From positions 9,610,001 through 9,674,000 of the forward strand of contig OZ336897.1 in NCBI GenBank assembly GCA_965287045.1: a stretch of DNA of 64,000 bases, given 5' to 3'. How positions within the stretch are numbered: the stretch's first letter is position 1; every line of letters begins with the position of its first letter. This document shows positions 36,541 through 50,148 of the stretch, one piece after another. The notes under the pieces are model-generated. The model had not been told where the DNA came from and searched no databases. It saw only the letters and a program-made list of their open reading frames with translations. The stretch is from Carcharhinus amblyrhynchos. Lineage: Eukaryota. Made by a program: the position numbers and the translations under genes.

Positions 36541-39500
36541 CCCTGGATTTTTTCTTTGACAAATGGCAGATACGAATAAATTTACAGAATAATGTTTTTA
36601 AAAACGTTTTAATGTATTTTCAGGTGAAATTTTATGGAAAGTTTCATGACAATTAGTACATCATCCTCTACTGACATGTGGGAGAGATAAAATCATGCGC
36701 TAGTCTAAAGCTTACATGGTTAAAAACAACATGGACAGCAATGATGAAATATAAAACATTATTACAAATCAAGAAATGATTTCTATGTGATCTTATGACC
36801 AGGTGCTGTGACCATATATACCATCATCTTAAAATTAATTGGGGTCATTGAGGCTATTTTCAATACGAATACTAAAGGTTTATTTCTTGCTGAACAAAGA
36901 CATATCTTTATTGTATTGCTTCTTACTAGGTCAACTAAAGTTAATAGCAATTTATTATTTAAAAATTCTTAAAATGAAAGAAGCTATAATATTCAAGTTC
37001 ACAACCAGAAATTTAAAAGGCACAGCGCCTAATGCACAGATGAAATTGTATGGATTTGTTTTATGACAATTAGTACATCAACCTCTACTAACACTAAAAA
37101 TTGCTACAATACTCAAGACACAAGAGTATTTGCAAGCAAATTTTATTACAGCACTCAAGAGATTACATGTATTCTGGAATTTGGCAACCTGAACTATGTA
37201 CGCTCCATCACATACACATCACAAGGTTTACAAAAACAGTTCCCATGAATTAGCTCACATTTCAAAATTTTAGCCACATTTTTCAGGAGGTCATGCCAAT
37301 TCATGTGCCTGATGAGACTTTGAAACAAACATTTGTGATGTGTACGCTTGTCTATTTAAGGTTTTGTAGTTTTTATAATTTGGCATTAACTGATTAAATG
37401 CATTGCTTTGAGAATACTATGGGATCTGAGCTAGAAGTAAAATGAGGGTACGCTCTCTGGTAGGGGTGGGGAATGGCCTTTTCTCATCCCTGACTTTTCT
37501 TACATTCAAGACATCAAAATACGATTAATGTGATGAGATACATTAAGCAAAACGAAAGGGCAGCTTCTTTGCCTGAAAATACCAATTCCTTCCTGACAAA
37601 TGCACCAATTTTCGATTAACAACTGAAATCTATAAAATGCTTACTACTATATTCAAGTGAACTATGGTTTCTTGCATCACAGCACCAGACAATCAACAAT
37701 GAATAAAAATGTTTCTGCAATAACATTCTTGCATGAAGGTTTATACAAGACACAGTATGTTAATTTGCAGGCTTCTGTTAAAACTTTGCATGAAGAATAT
37801 TAAAGCAGAAACAATATTAGTCTGATTTTCTGAAGAAAAATAATTCCAGAAGGCCAGCTGTTGAAACTGCTCAAATTCTTAGAACTAAGAATTGCTTTAA
37901 TGTTATCCCCATTTGAGAAGCAAGTTAGAACTATGTGGTTTAATAATATTATAGTCAAACTATCTCAAGTTCCTGTATGCAAAATCATAAATCAAATCGA
38001 ATTGATCTTGCATGCAACAAAGCTTAAGTTCTAAATTAGATTTGAACAATTCAGCTAAAGTAGGAAAGAAATTTTTGAATTTCGTTGACTTCAATAGAGA
38101 CCCTTCAGAGAATCAAAAATACCATAATCCAGTAGTTATAATTGTACAATCTCAACATTCCTCAGAAAAAAAGACAAAAAAAATTCTATATATAGAATAT
38201 ATTTGTCATGCCTTACTTTACAAGGTGGGGGGTGGGGTAGCTAGCTCAGTGGCTGGATGGCTAGCTTGTAGTTCAGAATGAGTTTGATTCCCATTCCAGC
38301 TGAGGTGATCTTGGAAGCTGCCTCCTCCCACTGCCCAACTGGAAGGCGATGGTCAACCATCAATGACAAGATGTGTCAAGAAAATAGGTCAGGATGTAGC
38401 TTCAGCAGACAATGAGCAAAGGACACATCTTAGAACAGTGCAGATCGATTTAAGTACATTGATATGTTCTGTGTCTTTACTAGGACCATTCTATTTTGAT
38501 ATGCATACCCTGGACCACACACAACAGCCATCAATCTGCTGACAGTCATTCTCCATTATGCTACCTTGGAACAAAAAAAATTGGATGTCTTAATTTAAAC
38601 TCAATTTAATCTATTAAAATCAGTTTATTTGTATTCTTAGTCTCTTAAACAGGCCCTGCGTGTGGCTAGTGTTCTCACATGTATTATGCCATCACCAATC
38701 TGAACCTCACTAAGGAAAAGTCTGTTTCTAAATACTTATACAATAAGCAACATAAATGCTGTACGTTGCAAAAGGGAGCATTGGTTTACATCACCGATAT
38801 GCCTAAACACCACACAGCATACAAATGTCCAAGCCTCTAGAAAAACTAATTAACTTAGAGAAACTGTACCACAATGATCTTTTTGAATTTGTACTGTATT
38901 TCATCCTTAACTCTAATTTCCCAGAAAGATATCTTGCTTTTTCCTGTTCCTCATCTATATGCTGTCCTTTGACATCATCAAATGACATGGAAGGGGGGGG
39001 CGGGGCTATCTTACAAAAAAAATTCTAAGTGCTGAATAAGTGTGCAGATGGGCGAGCTCCCAAACACTATCTTGTGGCACTTAGAAAAAAAAAGAGGCAA
39101 AATGTGATTCTCACCAGCAGTGGAAATGGATGGAGCCTAATCTCACCAGGAACCTAGCTCTGAGCTGTAGTGGTGCTATTGCACATGTGCCCAGATCTCC
39201 CAATACACTGTGTACATGCACATTGACAGATCTCTCTGCACTTTCTCCATTCTCCCCCACCCCAAAAAATGATTCATTCCCATGTTTCACAGACCTCAGC
39301 ATATCCAAAACTTAATCCAACTCCAAAGCCTCAACTTAAAACCATATCTTTGTATTTAATTTCTTTCGTAGCCTCAATCTACTCCCTCCATCTTTTAAAC
39401 TCCTCCAGTTTTACAACCTGTCAGAAATCTGTTCCTTTCACTCTGCTCTCTAATGCACCCCACTTTCTCCTTTTGCTATACCCAAGGCAGCTATGCCTGC

Positions 39501-39786
39501 AACCATTTAGGCATTAGGCACCCAATATTCCTTCATTTCCTTAGTGCACTTTTGTTTAAGTGAGTCCCCAAAACCTACCATTTTGACTTGTGTTTTGATC
39601 CCCCATCTAATATCATTCAGTTGGCTCCCATTTGTTTTGATTCTACCTCATGTTCCTAGATATTTTTCTGCAATAAAGGGGGTCTGTAAGCCAAGTTATA
39701 TAATTTGTCATTCTGTGGTTGAGTTTCAAGTAAGAAAAAACAACTGGAAGGTGAGAACAAACTCTCTTGGCCAATAGGAGAATAAA

Positions 39787-40110
39787 TTCATAGAAGCCCT
39801 TCAGCACAGAAGACTATTCAGCCCACTGAGTCTGCACTAATTTGCTGACAAAGTATCTTACCCAGGCCCCACCCTATCCCTGTAACCCCACACTTTTATC
39901 ACAGCTAATCCGTCTAACTTACACATCTTGGGACACTAAGGGGCAATCCAGCATGACCAATTCACCTAACTTGCACATTTTTGGACAGAAGGAGGAAACC
40001 CAGACATGGGGAGAATGTGCAAACTCCTCCAAACAGTTACCCAAGGCCAGAATTGAATCTGGGTTCCTGTAACTGTGAGACAGCAGCGCTAACCAGCGTG
40101 CTACAGTGCC
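39787..40110 (-). mobile_element. HE1-like V-SINE
   Basis: Reverse-complement copy with head and tail. Confidence 0.82.
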
Positions 40111-41159
40111 ACTGTTTATCAATACACTTTCTCAGCACTTTAACTTTTGTCAAGGGTTTATTTTCCTTCATGCAGTGGTAATCAAGTCTCTTGACAAATG
40201 TAGCACAATCAAGTTAATACAATTTGAGATTTTTAAACATTAAAGCTGTTAGATACAAGTTAGTTTTGAGACAATGGAAAGTCAGTGATCATACTTAGAG
40301 GTGTTTGCACCTTTAATGCAAGAATAATTTTCAATCAAAGCATCCAAGTGGAAGCTTAGACAAGCTGTGTTACTCCAACAAATTCCTCCACCATAATATC
40401 AAATACACTAACGTAGTTTTCATGGGAATAAATGGTTGGCAATCATGGAATTCAATCCCCAGAACACCAGTGAAATACCATGTAATAAAAAAACTAACTT
40501 ATTCATTCGCAATAAATTCCATGACCTTTATAACGCTTTGGGCATTACACCAGTTCTAAAAGCAGATATGGTCCAATTTATGATTAGATAGTCTAGATAA
40601 AAGTCTTTTAATACGTGCACTCCAAATAGGAGTGCAATATAAAATAATATGGCACTTTGTGTGTTACAGCCATGTAAGGAGGGCTACAAATCAGTCGTAC
40701 CACTCTTCGTCTATGGTTATTTTTGTGTGTTTAGAAGGATTTACTCAATGTCCGTGTTTAATCATTTATACACTGATTGCAAAGAAACAAGTCTGACAAA
40801 CTTTGATGTTTAAAACAAGAGGTTCATTCTTAGGAATTAAAAACCTACCCAGGTAAGGTAGCAACATATTTAAAAAAGGTAAACTCATGCTTCTCAAACT
40901 TTCATAACTCACATTCACATACGAGCATGCAAAATTTCCATGTCAGATTGTAGCGGTTACTTTTTTTGTCACGTTAAACTTCAATACTGAACAAGAAAAA
41001 AAACTTGAGTTCACTTTTGAGTCCTTGGCTGGTCACTGTGGCTGTGGCAGAAACTTTTCCAAGTTCCTTTAGATTCCAAGAGTTGAGTTGAAACCCATGT
41101 AACTGCAACTGCCAGAGACTATTTATTGTGAATCCTTAATCTGTCTCTTCCAAAATTCA

Positions 41160-41952
41160 ATCTCAAACAATGACGAGAGACAGTACAGGAAAGAGATGGA
41201 GAATCTGGTGAACTGGTGCAATGATAATAATCTCTCCCTCAATGTCAACAAAAGCAAACAGAGTCGTTGACTTCAGGAAACAGTGGAGGGAATGCCCGTC
41301 TACATCAATGGCAATGCAGTGGAAGTGGTCAAGAGTTTCAAGTTTTTAGCTGTCTGGATTACCAACTAGTCCCTCCATGCAGATACCATAGTTAAGAAAG
41401 CCAACCAACGCCTTTACTTTCTCAGGAGACTGAGGAAGTTTGGCATGCCCACTCCAACGCTCACCAACTTCAACAGATGGACCATAGAAAGCATTTGTTC
41501 TGGTTGTGTCACATCTTGGTATGGCTCCTGCTCTGCCCAAGGCTGCAAGAAACTACAAAGGCTCATGAATGAAGCCCAGTCCATCACTCAAACAAACCTC
41601 CCATCCAGTAACATTGTTTACACTTCTTACTGCCTCGCAAAAGCAGCCAGCAATTAATCAAGGACCCCACACACCTGTACATACTCACTTCCACCTTCCT
41701 CCTTTGGGAAAGAGATACAAAAGTCTGTAGTCACTTACCAACTGACGCAAAAACAGCTTCTTCCCTACTGCCATCAGATTTTTGAATGGACCTACCTCAC
41801 ATTAAGTTGATCTTTCTACACACCCTAGCTACGACTAACATTCTGCACTCTCTCTCCTTTCCTTTACTATGTACGGTATGCTTTGTTGTATAGTGCACAA
41901 GAAACAATACTTTTCACTGTATACTGATACATGTGACAATAACAAGTCAAAG
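41160..41952 (+). mobile_element. Rex1/Babar-like LINE 3' fragment
   Basis: YRKEMENLVNWCNDNNLSLNVNKSK...VKKANQRLYFLRRLRKFG...TIESICSGCVTSWYG; same tail as 3245-3865. Confidence 0.88.
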
Positions 41953-44558
41953 AGTTTTGCACTCAAGTTCCTTTCAATGAGAAATTCATTCCCTGTGCGA
42001 TGGATTTTTAAACTGTAAGAGATAAGGTCTTAACTTGGGATCAAAGAGAAGGAAGCTCCCTACTGATCTGTTAGTAGATTATTCCAACACTGCTTTTATC
42101 TTTAACAGCTTGTAATAGAGATTTCAAAATGGTTTTGCAATCACATCACCTTACTCACTCCCATAATGATTTCAGAAGGGATTTGTTCATTTGATGTCCG
42201 AATCAACAGTTGCTTTTGTTTCAGGTCTGGGGATGAGAAGATTCTGTAATGTCCCAGCCATTAACCACCTGAATGAGTCATTATCCACCTTAAAGGTAGG
42301 TAGACATTTCCAGATAACTATTGGTCTAGCAGTTTCTCTGCCTCTGCTGAGAGGTAGTCTTACAGCAATGGAAATGTCTGGTAAATTTCAATAAATCCCT
42401 CTAAAGTGATTCTTGATATCATCAGCTATGAAAGAGAAGGATGTTATGGCATGTCTAAATTTCCAATTCACAGTGAAATGCTTCAGAAGCTGGTCAGCTT
42501 GCAATACCAGATGACTTGTGGCAGCCATCTTTGTCAGTGCCTTTTCTTGTCTTGACAAAGTCTGTTTCGTCAGCCAGTGAAATTGTAGATTAATATCATT
42601 CATATAAAGTCACATCACTGTGACAACATGTTCACCAAAAACTTCACCAGGGCCAGTATTTTTTTTTAATGGCTTTAATTGGTATTTTGGAAACCTTTCA
42701 AAAAAGTGGTGATTGAACAATTTATGATGTATAGTGACCAAATGAAGTTGGACTTGTAAAACCAAACATCCTCCTTTCAGTCTTTTATCCAGGTTTAAAC
42801 CTTGGTTTTTAATATAGTACTGTGCTGTGGAATGTTTCAACTTTTAAGTTACAGGGTAGGGACATTGTCATTTATCTACAAGACAGCTCAAGGTAAGTAC
42901 TCAGAGCAATGAAAGAATAAATGAAACCCAGTCCATGGTCAATGTAGTCATTTATCTTCAAAATGTGATAAGCACAACACCATTTGAATGCACAACTTCA
43001 GGAAAGAAACTGTACATCATTCAGCTTAGCAGTAAGGGACCGACTCAGTAGACTCCATTTGTTTTATTAATACAGCAGTATTTGATGAGAGGAACTACAA
43101 TTTTAGAAGCAAATGAAAAAGAAGAGAATCCTTCTGAACTAATGATATTTTGTTTACATCTGGCATTGTCTTTGGCTAAACTGTTACTTCAGTTTAATTT
43201 GATATTTGATGGACAAAATAATTTTATGTACTTCCAGATCACCAATCCAACATTCTTGTCATTATAGTTCTTAAACATTGACCTAGACAATATCTCAGTT
43301 TAACATCTCCCGCTGATAGCACCTGGAACAACGTAATACTTTTAGTTCTAGAGTGTCAACCTAGGTTTTGTACTTCTAAGTCCTGCTGTGGGGCCACAAT
43401 TATCCTGACTCATACTGTGAATGCTATCACCTGAGTTAGTCTGGATGAAAAGAGGATGGTTTAAAATCAACAGTTTGCCTCATTTACAGATTTAAAGAAG
43501 TTCTCTCAAATAATTGAGCAAAAGCACAGTTAAACCACTCACAATTTAGAGCAACAATGCGCGTCACTCAGGATTGTTTTATGAATAGTTATAGGTGTGA
43601 TGGCTCTTGTGCTTCGGGAGAAAAAAAAGCCTCTTTTCTTTTGGAAACGTCCCTCTAATTCTAAAATGAAACTGGAGAGTAGTCTGACAGCAGAGTATTT
43701 AGGCTTCATAGCAAGAAATGTCCATGTGATCAGAGGTTGCAATGGAAATGAAAGTTAAAAAGCAAAGGGTAAATAGTCAGCTTATTGAGTGATTGAATTA
43801 CAGCTGGCCTCAGAAATGCAGTTGCAGAACATGCAAACATATATTCAGTTCTGAGGGTGGTGGTGGTGGTGGGGTGGGGGGGGGGGGGGGGGGCAGGGAC
43901 AGGAATGGGACAAGTGAAGGCATATTTACAATGTGTTGTCAGTGATAATATAGCTTAAAAAGACAGAAAGCTGAAGAAATGGAGTGCAGGGATTGTGAAT
44001 GGGACAATTCTCTGGCTGCTACTTTAATTATGTCAGAGCCAAACATACCATTTAAAAGGATGGGATAAAGGAGTCATTTGGGAATGCGTACCTTAAAGAC
44101 TATCATAAATGTTGCTAAGGAGGTGTGCTGTTTGAGTTGCAACTGTGTCAGGGAACCTCCAATGATATACGGCTGCCAGCAAAAGTAACTTGAAGGCCAA
44201 ACATAATGAGTGGACAGTAAGGGGTTGTACGTACTGGAGGCCGAGTTTGAAGGACAGATTGCACATGGCACCATATCTGAGCAGAAATTATGCAAATACT
44301 TGCACCTACGTGAGATGCATCTTTGCTGTATCAACTTTTTGAAGGTGAAATTTACCCTTTTATTTAAAATATCACTCATTGTTTATGACTAAAAAGGAGG
44401 ATTACTGGGAATTTTAAGTAGTTCCAAACAATTGCTACTGAGTGTATGTAGATATCAATGCTCAAGAATCTTTCAAGGTGTTGGTGGTAAACAGCATTTA
44501 ACAGTCCATGGACTCCAAATTGTTGATTGCAATTGACAGGTTGATCCTAGAATCGCGA

Positions 44559-45202
44559 AAGAACATAAGAACATAAGAAATAGGAGCAGGAGTAGGCCAT
44601 CTAGCCCTTCGAGCCTGCCCCGCCATTCAATAAGATCATGGCTGATCTGTCGTGGCTCAGTTCCACTTTCCCGCCCTCTCCCCATAACCCTCAATCCCTT
44701 CTCTTATCAAAAACCCATCAACCCGCTTCTTAAAAATATTTAGCGAGGCAGCCTCCACCACTTCAACGGGCAGAGAATTCCAGAGATTCACCACCCTTTG
44801 AGTGAAGAAGTTCCTCCTCAACTCCGTTCTAAACCGCCTCCCCTTTATCTTGAGGCTGTGCCCCCTAGTCCTACTGTCTTTTTTGAGCGGGAAGAGTCTC
44901 TCCACCTCTATCCTATCCATCCCATTCATCATCTTATACGTCTCAATGAGATCTCCCCTCATTCTTCTAAACTCTAACGAGTACAAGCCTAGTTTATTCA
45001 GCCTCTCCTCATAGCTCAATCCCCTCAACTCCGGTATCAGCCTAGTAAACCTCCTCTGCACTCCCTCCAGGGCCAAAATATCCTTGCGCAGGTGCGGCGC
45101 CCAAAACTGCACACAGTACTCCAGCTGCGGCCTCACCAATGCCCTATACAGCTGCAGCAAGACCTCCCTACTTTTATATTCAATCCCCCTCGCTATGAAG
45201 GC
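44559..45202 (-). mobile_element. Young CR1 3' fragment inserted in the hAT 5' region
   Basis: ORF 44657..45232 is nearly identical to the other young copies; (ATGTTCTT)n tail. Confidence 0.95.
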
Positions 45203-45792
45203 CGATTTGCATTGCTTGCCGACCCACACCAAAAATCCGCAAGATACAGGATTCTCGTAATGACAAGCACATCAGCTCAGTGCTTGCTAACCATGCCAAA
45301 AATCCATGAGAGTTGGGAAACAAGATTCTCACAAAACTTGAATAAGCTGAGTGAAGACAAAATGACAAGCGAGGAGCAAGAGAGCAAAAACCTGCCATTT
45401 TGAATCAGGAATGGGAAGGTGAATTTAGTTTTATGAATGTCAAAGTGAAGACCGTTTGTCTCATTTCTCATTGTAACCCTGCATAAAAAAGGTAATTTGG
45501 AATGGCTTCATCAGACAATGCATGCAAAATTTCAAGAAAACTTCCCTTTAAACAGCACAATTCAAACAAAGAAAATTATATGGAATTTTGAAAGCTCTTT
45601 TCAAAGCCTGTGGCTAAAGACAAGGCTAGCAAAGAAGCATCTTTATACATTAGCCACCTGCTGAGAAACACAAGAGGGCATTCACTGATGGCAAAGTTAT
45701 CAAGGAAACTATGACAGTTGCTGCAGACAACTTGTTCAAAGACTTTAGAAACAAAGATGAAATTATGACAGCCATCAAAACCATGGTGCTTG

Positions 45793-45906
45793 AACAGTAA
45801 GACGTCTGACAACACCAGGTTTAAGTCCAACCAATTTATTTGACAAACCTGGTGTTGTCAGACTTCTACGTTTACCCCAGTCCAACGCCAGCATCTCCAC
45901 ATCATG
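45793..45906. mobile_element. Penelope pLTR-derived mini-element (family A) inserted in the hAT transposase
   Basis: GTCTGACAACACCAGGTTT...AAACCTGGTGTTGTCAGAC perfect 19-bp inverted repeat, then CCCCAGTCCAACGCCAGCATCTCCACATCATG. Confidence 0.75.
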
Positions 45907-48900
45907 GCTTTAACAGTAGCCAGAAGGGGGAAATTGTTGTCTGAGTGTCTCCGCAAATAGACCAAGACTTATCAGGCTGCAAATCAGCTGCAGTTTGATG
46001 CATCAGTAGATATGATGGATGTGGCCCTGCTGATTTGTTTTCATTCACATAGCATTCAAAGACTCAACAAAAGAGAACTTTCTCATCCTTTCTTTGAGTG
46101 GCAAAAGGGTAAGAGGCAAGAATATCTATAACAAATTCAAAAAGTGCCAGACTGAGAAAAACATTCCGATCAGGAAACAGGTTTCAATCACAACTGATTG
46201 TGCACCGTTAATGCAGGCTTTGTTGCACTTCGCAGAAGTGATCCTCAATTCCCTTTGTCAATTACTGTGTTATCCACCAAGTGCTAGCAAGCAAGATTAT
46301 TGACTTTTCTCATGTAATGATAGTTGTCAAAACTGTCAACTCAATTCGTGCCAGAACTCTCGATAAGCTTGATGCCACCTAGGGTGAGCTAATCCTTTAT
46401 GCAGATGTGAGGTGGTTAAGTCGAGAAAAGGTCCTCTGGAGATTAGATCTGTTTCCTGAAATTGTCACCTTCCTTAAATCAAGAAATTAAGCGTACGTTG
46501 AGCTGTCATAAAATGTGGTTGCTAGATGTGGCTTATGGCTGTAAGTGCAAAATTGAACGAGCTGAATCATGAACTCCAGGGGAGGGATAAAGACTTGTCA
46601 TACAATCAATACAGTAAGTGTATTCAAGTTGAAACTGGGTCTGTAATCCTCTCAGTTAAAGAACAAAATTACTGAGCAATTCTCAAATCTGGAGAACAGC
46701 TAACAACAGGTCAAACAGAAAGGGTACCACCCAAACAAGTTCTGTGAACACCTGAACAAATTGGCAAAGGAATTCAACAGACCTTTTCAGAAGATAGACA
46801 CAATGGAAAAAGTCGTTACGTTTGTGTCAAATCCTTTTCTTCAAGCGGACATTAGAGAATTGACAGCAAAATTTCAGATGTTTGAACAAAACAATGGGCT
46901 TGACATGAAAATTATTACCAGGCAAAATGACACAGACCTGAAAATTAGCTCAAGGGACAAAGACATGTGAGAATTTGTAAACAAAGATATCCTCTTCTGA
47001 CATTTTGTGCACTCAAGGTCAAGGCCAACTTTGGTTCCACATACCTCTGAGATGGTATTTTGCCAGATGAAAATAATCAAGTGCAACTATCGCACTCATC
47101 TCAGATGCCCATCTCATGGACTGTCAGACTGACCATCTCAAACTATGACCCAGACTTTACAGTGCTCACAGACAGTGTGCAAGCGCAAGTGTCACATTAA
47201 GAATAGTTGAGTATTATGCATCGCGTACATTCTTGGGGGTTTTAGTGAAGTCAAATTTTAAAGAGAAGATCTTGCGCTGCATTTAGATTCTGAAAATGAT
47301 CTTGCGCTCAAAAAGGTTGGAGACCATTCTAGTTCCATGTGCAAATGCTTTAAACAGCCATTAGTACAAATGATTGTGGCTCTTCCCAATTTAATGAGTT
47401 GTTAGAATGACCATAATTAAAATAAAAATTCTTCATAAACTACAAATTTAACAAAGGGATATCAGAGATTATAATATTGCGGTGATAAATGCCATTTTTG
47501 CAATTCCAATAAATCGAGAGTTGTAGTCCTTAGTAATTCCAACTCTTTAATTGGAGCCAGCTATCTGTAATCCCATTATTCCATTTATTTTTATATTCTA
47601 AAAGTTTTAGCTCCCTCTTAATCTTCTTGTTTTTAATCAATTTCTACATTTTAAAACCATTGAGAAATACAGTGATAGTGCAGGAAATGGTGTGGAAGTA
47701 AAAGATTAACCACAATCTCCATGAATGCTGGAGTGGGCTCAAATGTCTAAATGGTCTACTCCTGTTCCTATTTTTTATGTTATGCTCTCAGACCCCACCC
47801 ATCCCAGTGAAATAGCATAATTTATCAAGTCTTTTCTAATATAGTAACTTTAATCTTTCATTCTTTTGATCATTCTAGCAAATCTTAACTGTCCACTTGT
47901 CCCCAATATCCTTCCTATAACAACAATTGATATTAATAAACATTCACCTACTATACTGTTTTTAGCTAGATGCTTTTGAAATGCTAAATAGAGCGAATCA
48001 ATGTTCTATTAGATGCCTTTGGTGAGCTTTCTCTCCCTCAAGATTTATTAAGTTGCACTCATTATAAGTGACAATCACATTTTGCTTTATAAGAGAGAGC
48101 TATTTTGACACATGATGCTCAAGTTCACGCCACAAATAAAAAACTTCTGTGCTTAATGCCAAAGAATACTCTATAAAGGAAGCCCATGTACTATGATCCA
48201 GAGCTACTTTATATTTCAAAATGCAGCAAGCTGGGACTGATGTTAATTACGGGTAGGTCACAGGTCACGAGTGCCCTTACAATCTCCTAGATTTCAGGAA
48301 GCAGTAGAACTTAAAATCTGTGAAACCATGGTTTAGGTAATGAACCGTAAACTACTTCCAATATTTCAGAACCAGTAGTACTTCTCAGAGTCCAAAATGC
48401 TACTTTCTTCAAAATAATGAATGTTCATATTTTCTAATCAAGGCAACTGCGTTGTCACATATATCAACTTGAAGGCAATCCTTAACTGAGGAGGAGATTA
48501 AACAGTGTTCTGCAATTTTAAATTTATCTAAGTTATACTACCACTTCAGAAGTAAACAGTACTTCGGAGTCCTATAAAGAAGAAATGCCGGTGAAACCCA
48601 TTAAAATATACACTCACTACATACATATTTTTGAATCAATGCCAACAAAATGGGTTGACACCATTAAAAATTGAAATTTACGAGTTCTTTTACTACTTAA
48701 TATTCATTATTATCCAGTATACAGTGTTTGTGCGAAGAAAATCCCTGCCATTTTAACAGCATGTTCTTCACTGTGGTTGTCATTGGTTCATTATAAAAGT
48801 GAGCTCTTAAGAAGGCACAGCTCATTTACTCCAACATACAAAAAAGTGTACTCTACATTATTCTTAGGATTGGAAGAATTCATTATACCAGGATTAGACA

Positions 48901-49545
48901 AAACTCAGTAGTATTCTAATTAATATCCATTTTAAAACTTACAAAATCACTGCTCACTTTGGAACAGATACTAAACACCAGTGAACCCATTTTAACCCAA
49001 AAAATAAAATACCGAGCAGTATTACAGCAAACTGCAAAAAAAACTTGCTCCTGCAGTCAAGAATGCTGGTGTAAATAAAGATGGGGTGTATGGAAGAAAT
49101 GCATTTTAGAAAAATGGAAGCTCAATAGCTTTTTAAATAATTAAATTTAGCATTGTAAGCAAAATGCAATTCTAAGTGGCTCCCTACATCCTACACAAAC
49201 TCAACATTCACAATTTTTTTTCCCCACTAGATGCAACATGAATGAACTCCACTTACGTTGCATTCCTTTTTGGAGTGAAAAATAAGATTTCGAATTTACA
49301 CAAACTAAAAGTGCTGATACTATTTGTAAGCACTATTTACTAATTATTTTACCAACATGGAAAGGATACCCAGGGTAGCAGCAACTACAAGAAGCCTCAT
49401 GTCTTCTAAGCAATCATCTGAGATACCAAATTTCTGGATCAGAAACCCAATCAGGTAAGTTGAAAACTTATGAGGGGGCAGGTATAGGAATGCTGGGCCC
49501 ATGACTGCTCGGGACCCCAACATGCTTGACAGCTGGCCTGGTAGT

Positions 49546-50148
49546 TAGAACATAAGAAATAGAAGCAGGAGTAGGCCATCTAGCCCCTCGAGCCTGCCCC
49601 ACCATTCAATAAGATCATGGCTGATCTGTCGTGTCTCAGTTCCCGCCCTCTCCCCATAACCCTTAATCCCCTTGCCTATCAAAAACCTATCAACCCACGT
49701 CTTAAAAATATTTAGCGAGGCAGCCTCCACCGCTTCAACGGGCAGAGAATTCCAGAGATTCACCACCCTTTGAGTGAAGAAGTTCCTCCTCAACTCCGTT
49801 CTAAACCGCCCCCCCCTTATGTTGAGGTTGTGCCCCCTAGTCCTATATCCTTTGAGCGGGAAGAGCCTCTCCACCTCTATCCTACCCATCCCATTCATCA
49901 TCTTGTATGTCTCAATGAGATCTCCCCTCATTCTTCTAAACTCTAACGAGTACAAGCCTAGTTTATTCAGCCTCTCCTCATGGCTCAACCCCCTCAACTC
50001 CGGTATCAGCCTAGTAAACCTCCTCCGCACTCCCTCCAAGGCCAAAGTATCCTTGCGTAAGTGCGGCGACCAAAACTGCACACAGTACTCCAGCTGTGGC
50101 CTCACCAGTGCCCTGTACAGCTGCAGCAAGACCTCCCTACTTTTATAC
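49546..50148 (-). mobile_element. CR1 3' fragment (slightly diverged young subfamily)
   Basis: ORF 49545..50129 encodes the CR1 C-terminus with small indels. Confidence 0.93.

Larger units (their letters stand above)
44506..47329 (+). mobile_element. Decayed hAT (Charlie/SPIN/GTF2IRD2-like) DNA transposon with transposase pseudogene (~45360-47200)
   Basis: Remnants LQFDASVDMMDVALL, VSITTDCAPLM, YCVIHQ, LILYADVRWLSREKVL, LNELNHELQG, FGSTYL, FCQMKIIK. Imperfect TIRs ATGGACTCCAA (~44508) and TTGGAGACCAT (~47317). Confidence 0.88.

Noticed and set aside
37305-37345. CUGAUGA-GACUUU-GAAAC as a hammerhead ribozyme
   Set aside because: The cleavage position would be G (GUG), stem I does not pair, and there is no Penelope context.
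38229-38300. tRNA gene (also the heads of the SINEs)
   Set aside because: Only degenerate A/B boxes without a full cloverleaf; consistent with tRNA-derived SINE heads.
45360-47200. Domesticated GTF2IRD2/ZBED/EPM2AIP1-like gene nested in GLCE
   Set aside because: Numerous stops and frameshifts, an internal insertion, and retained TIRs.
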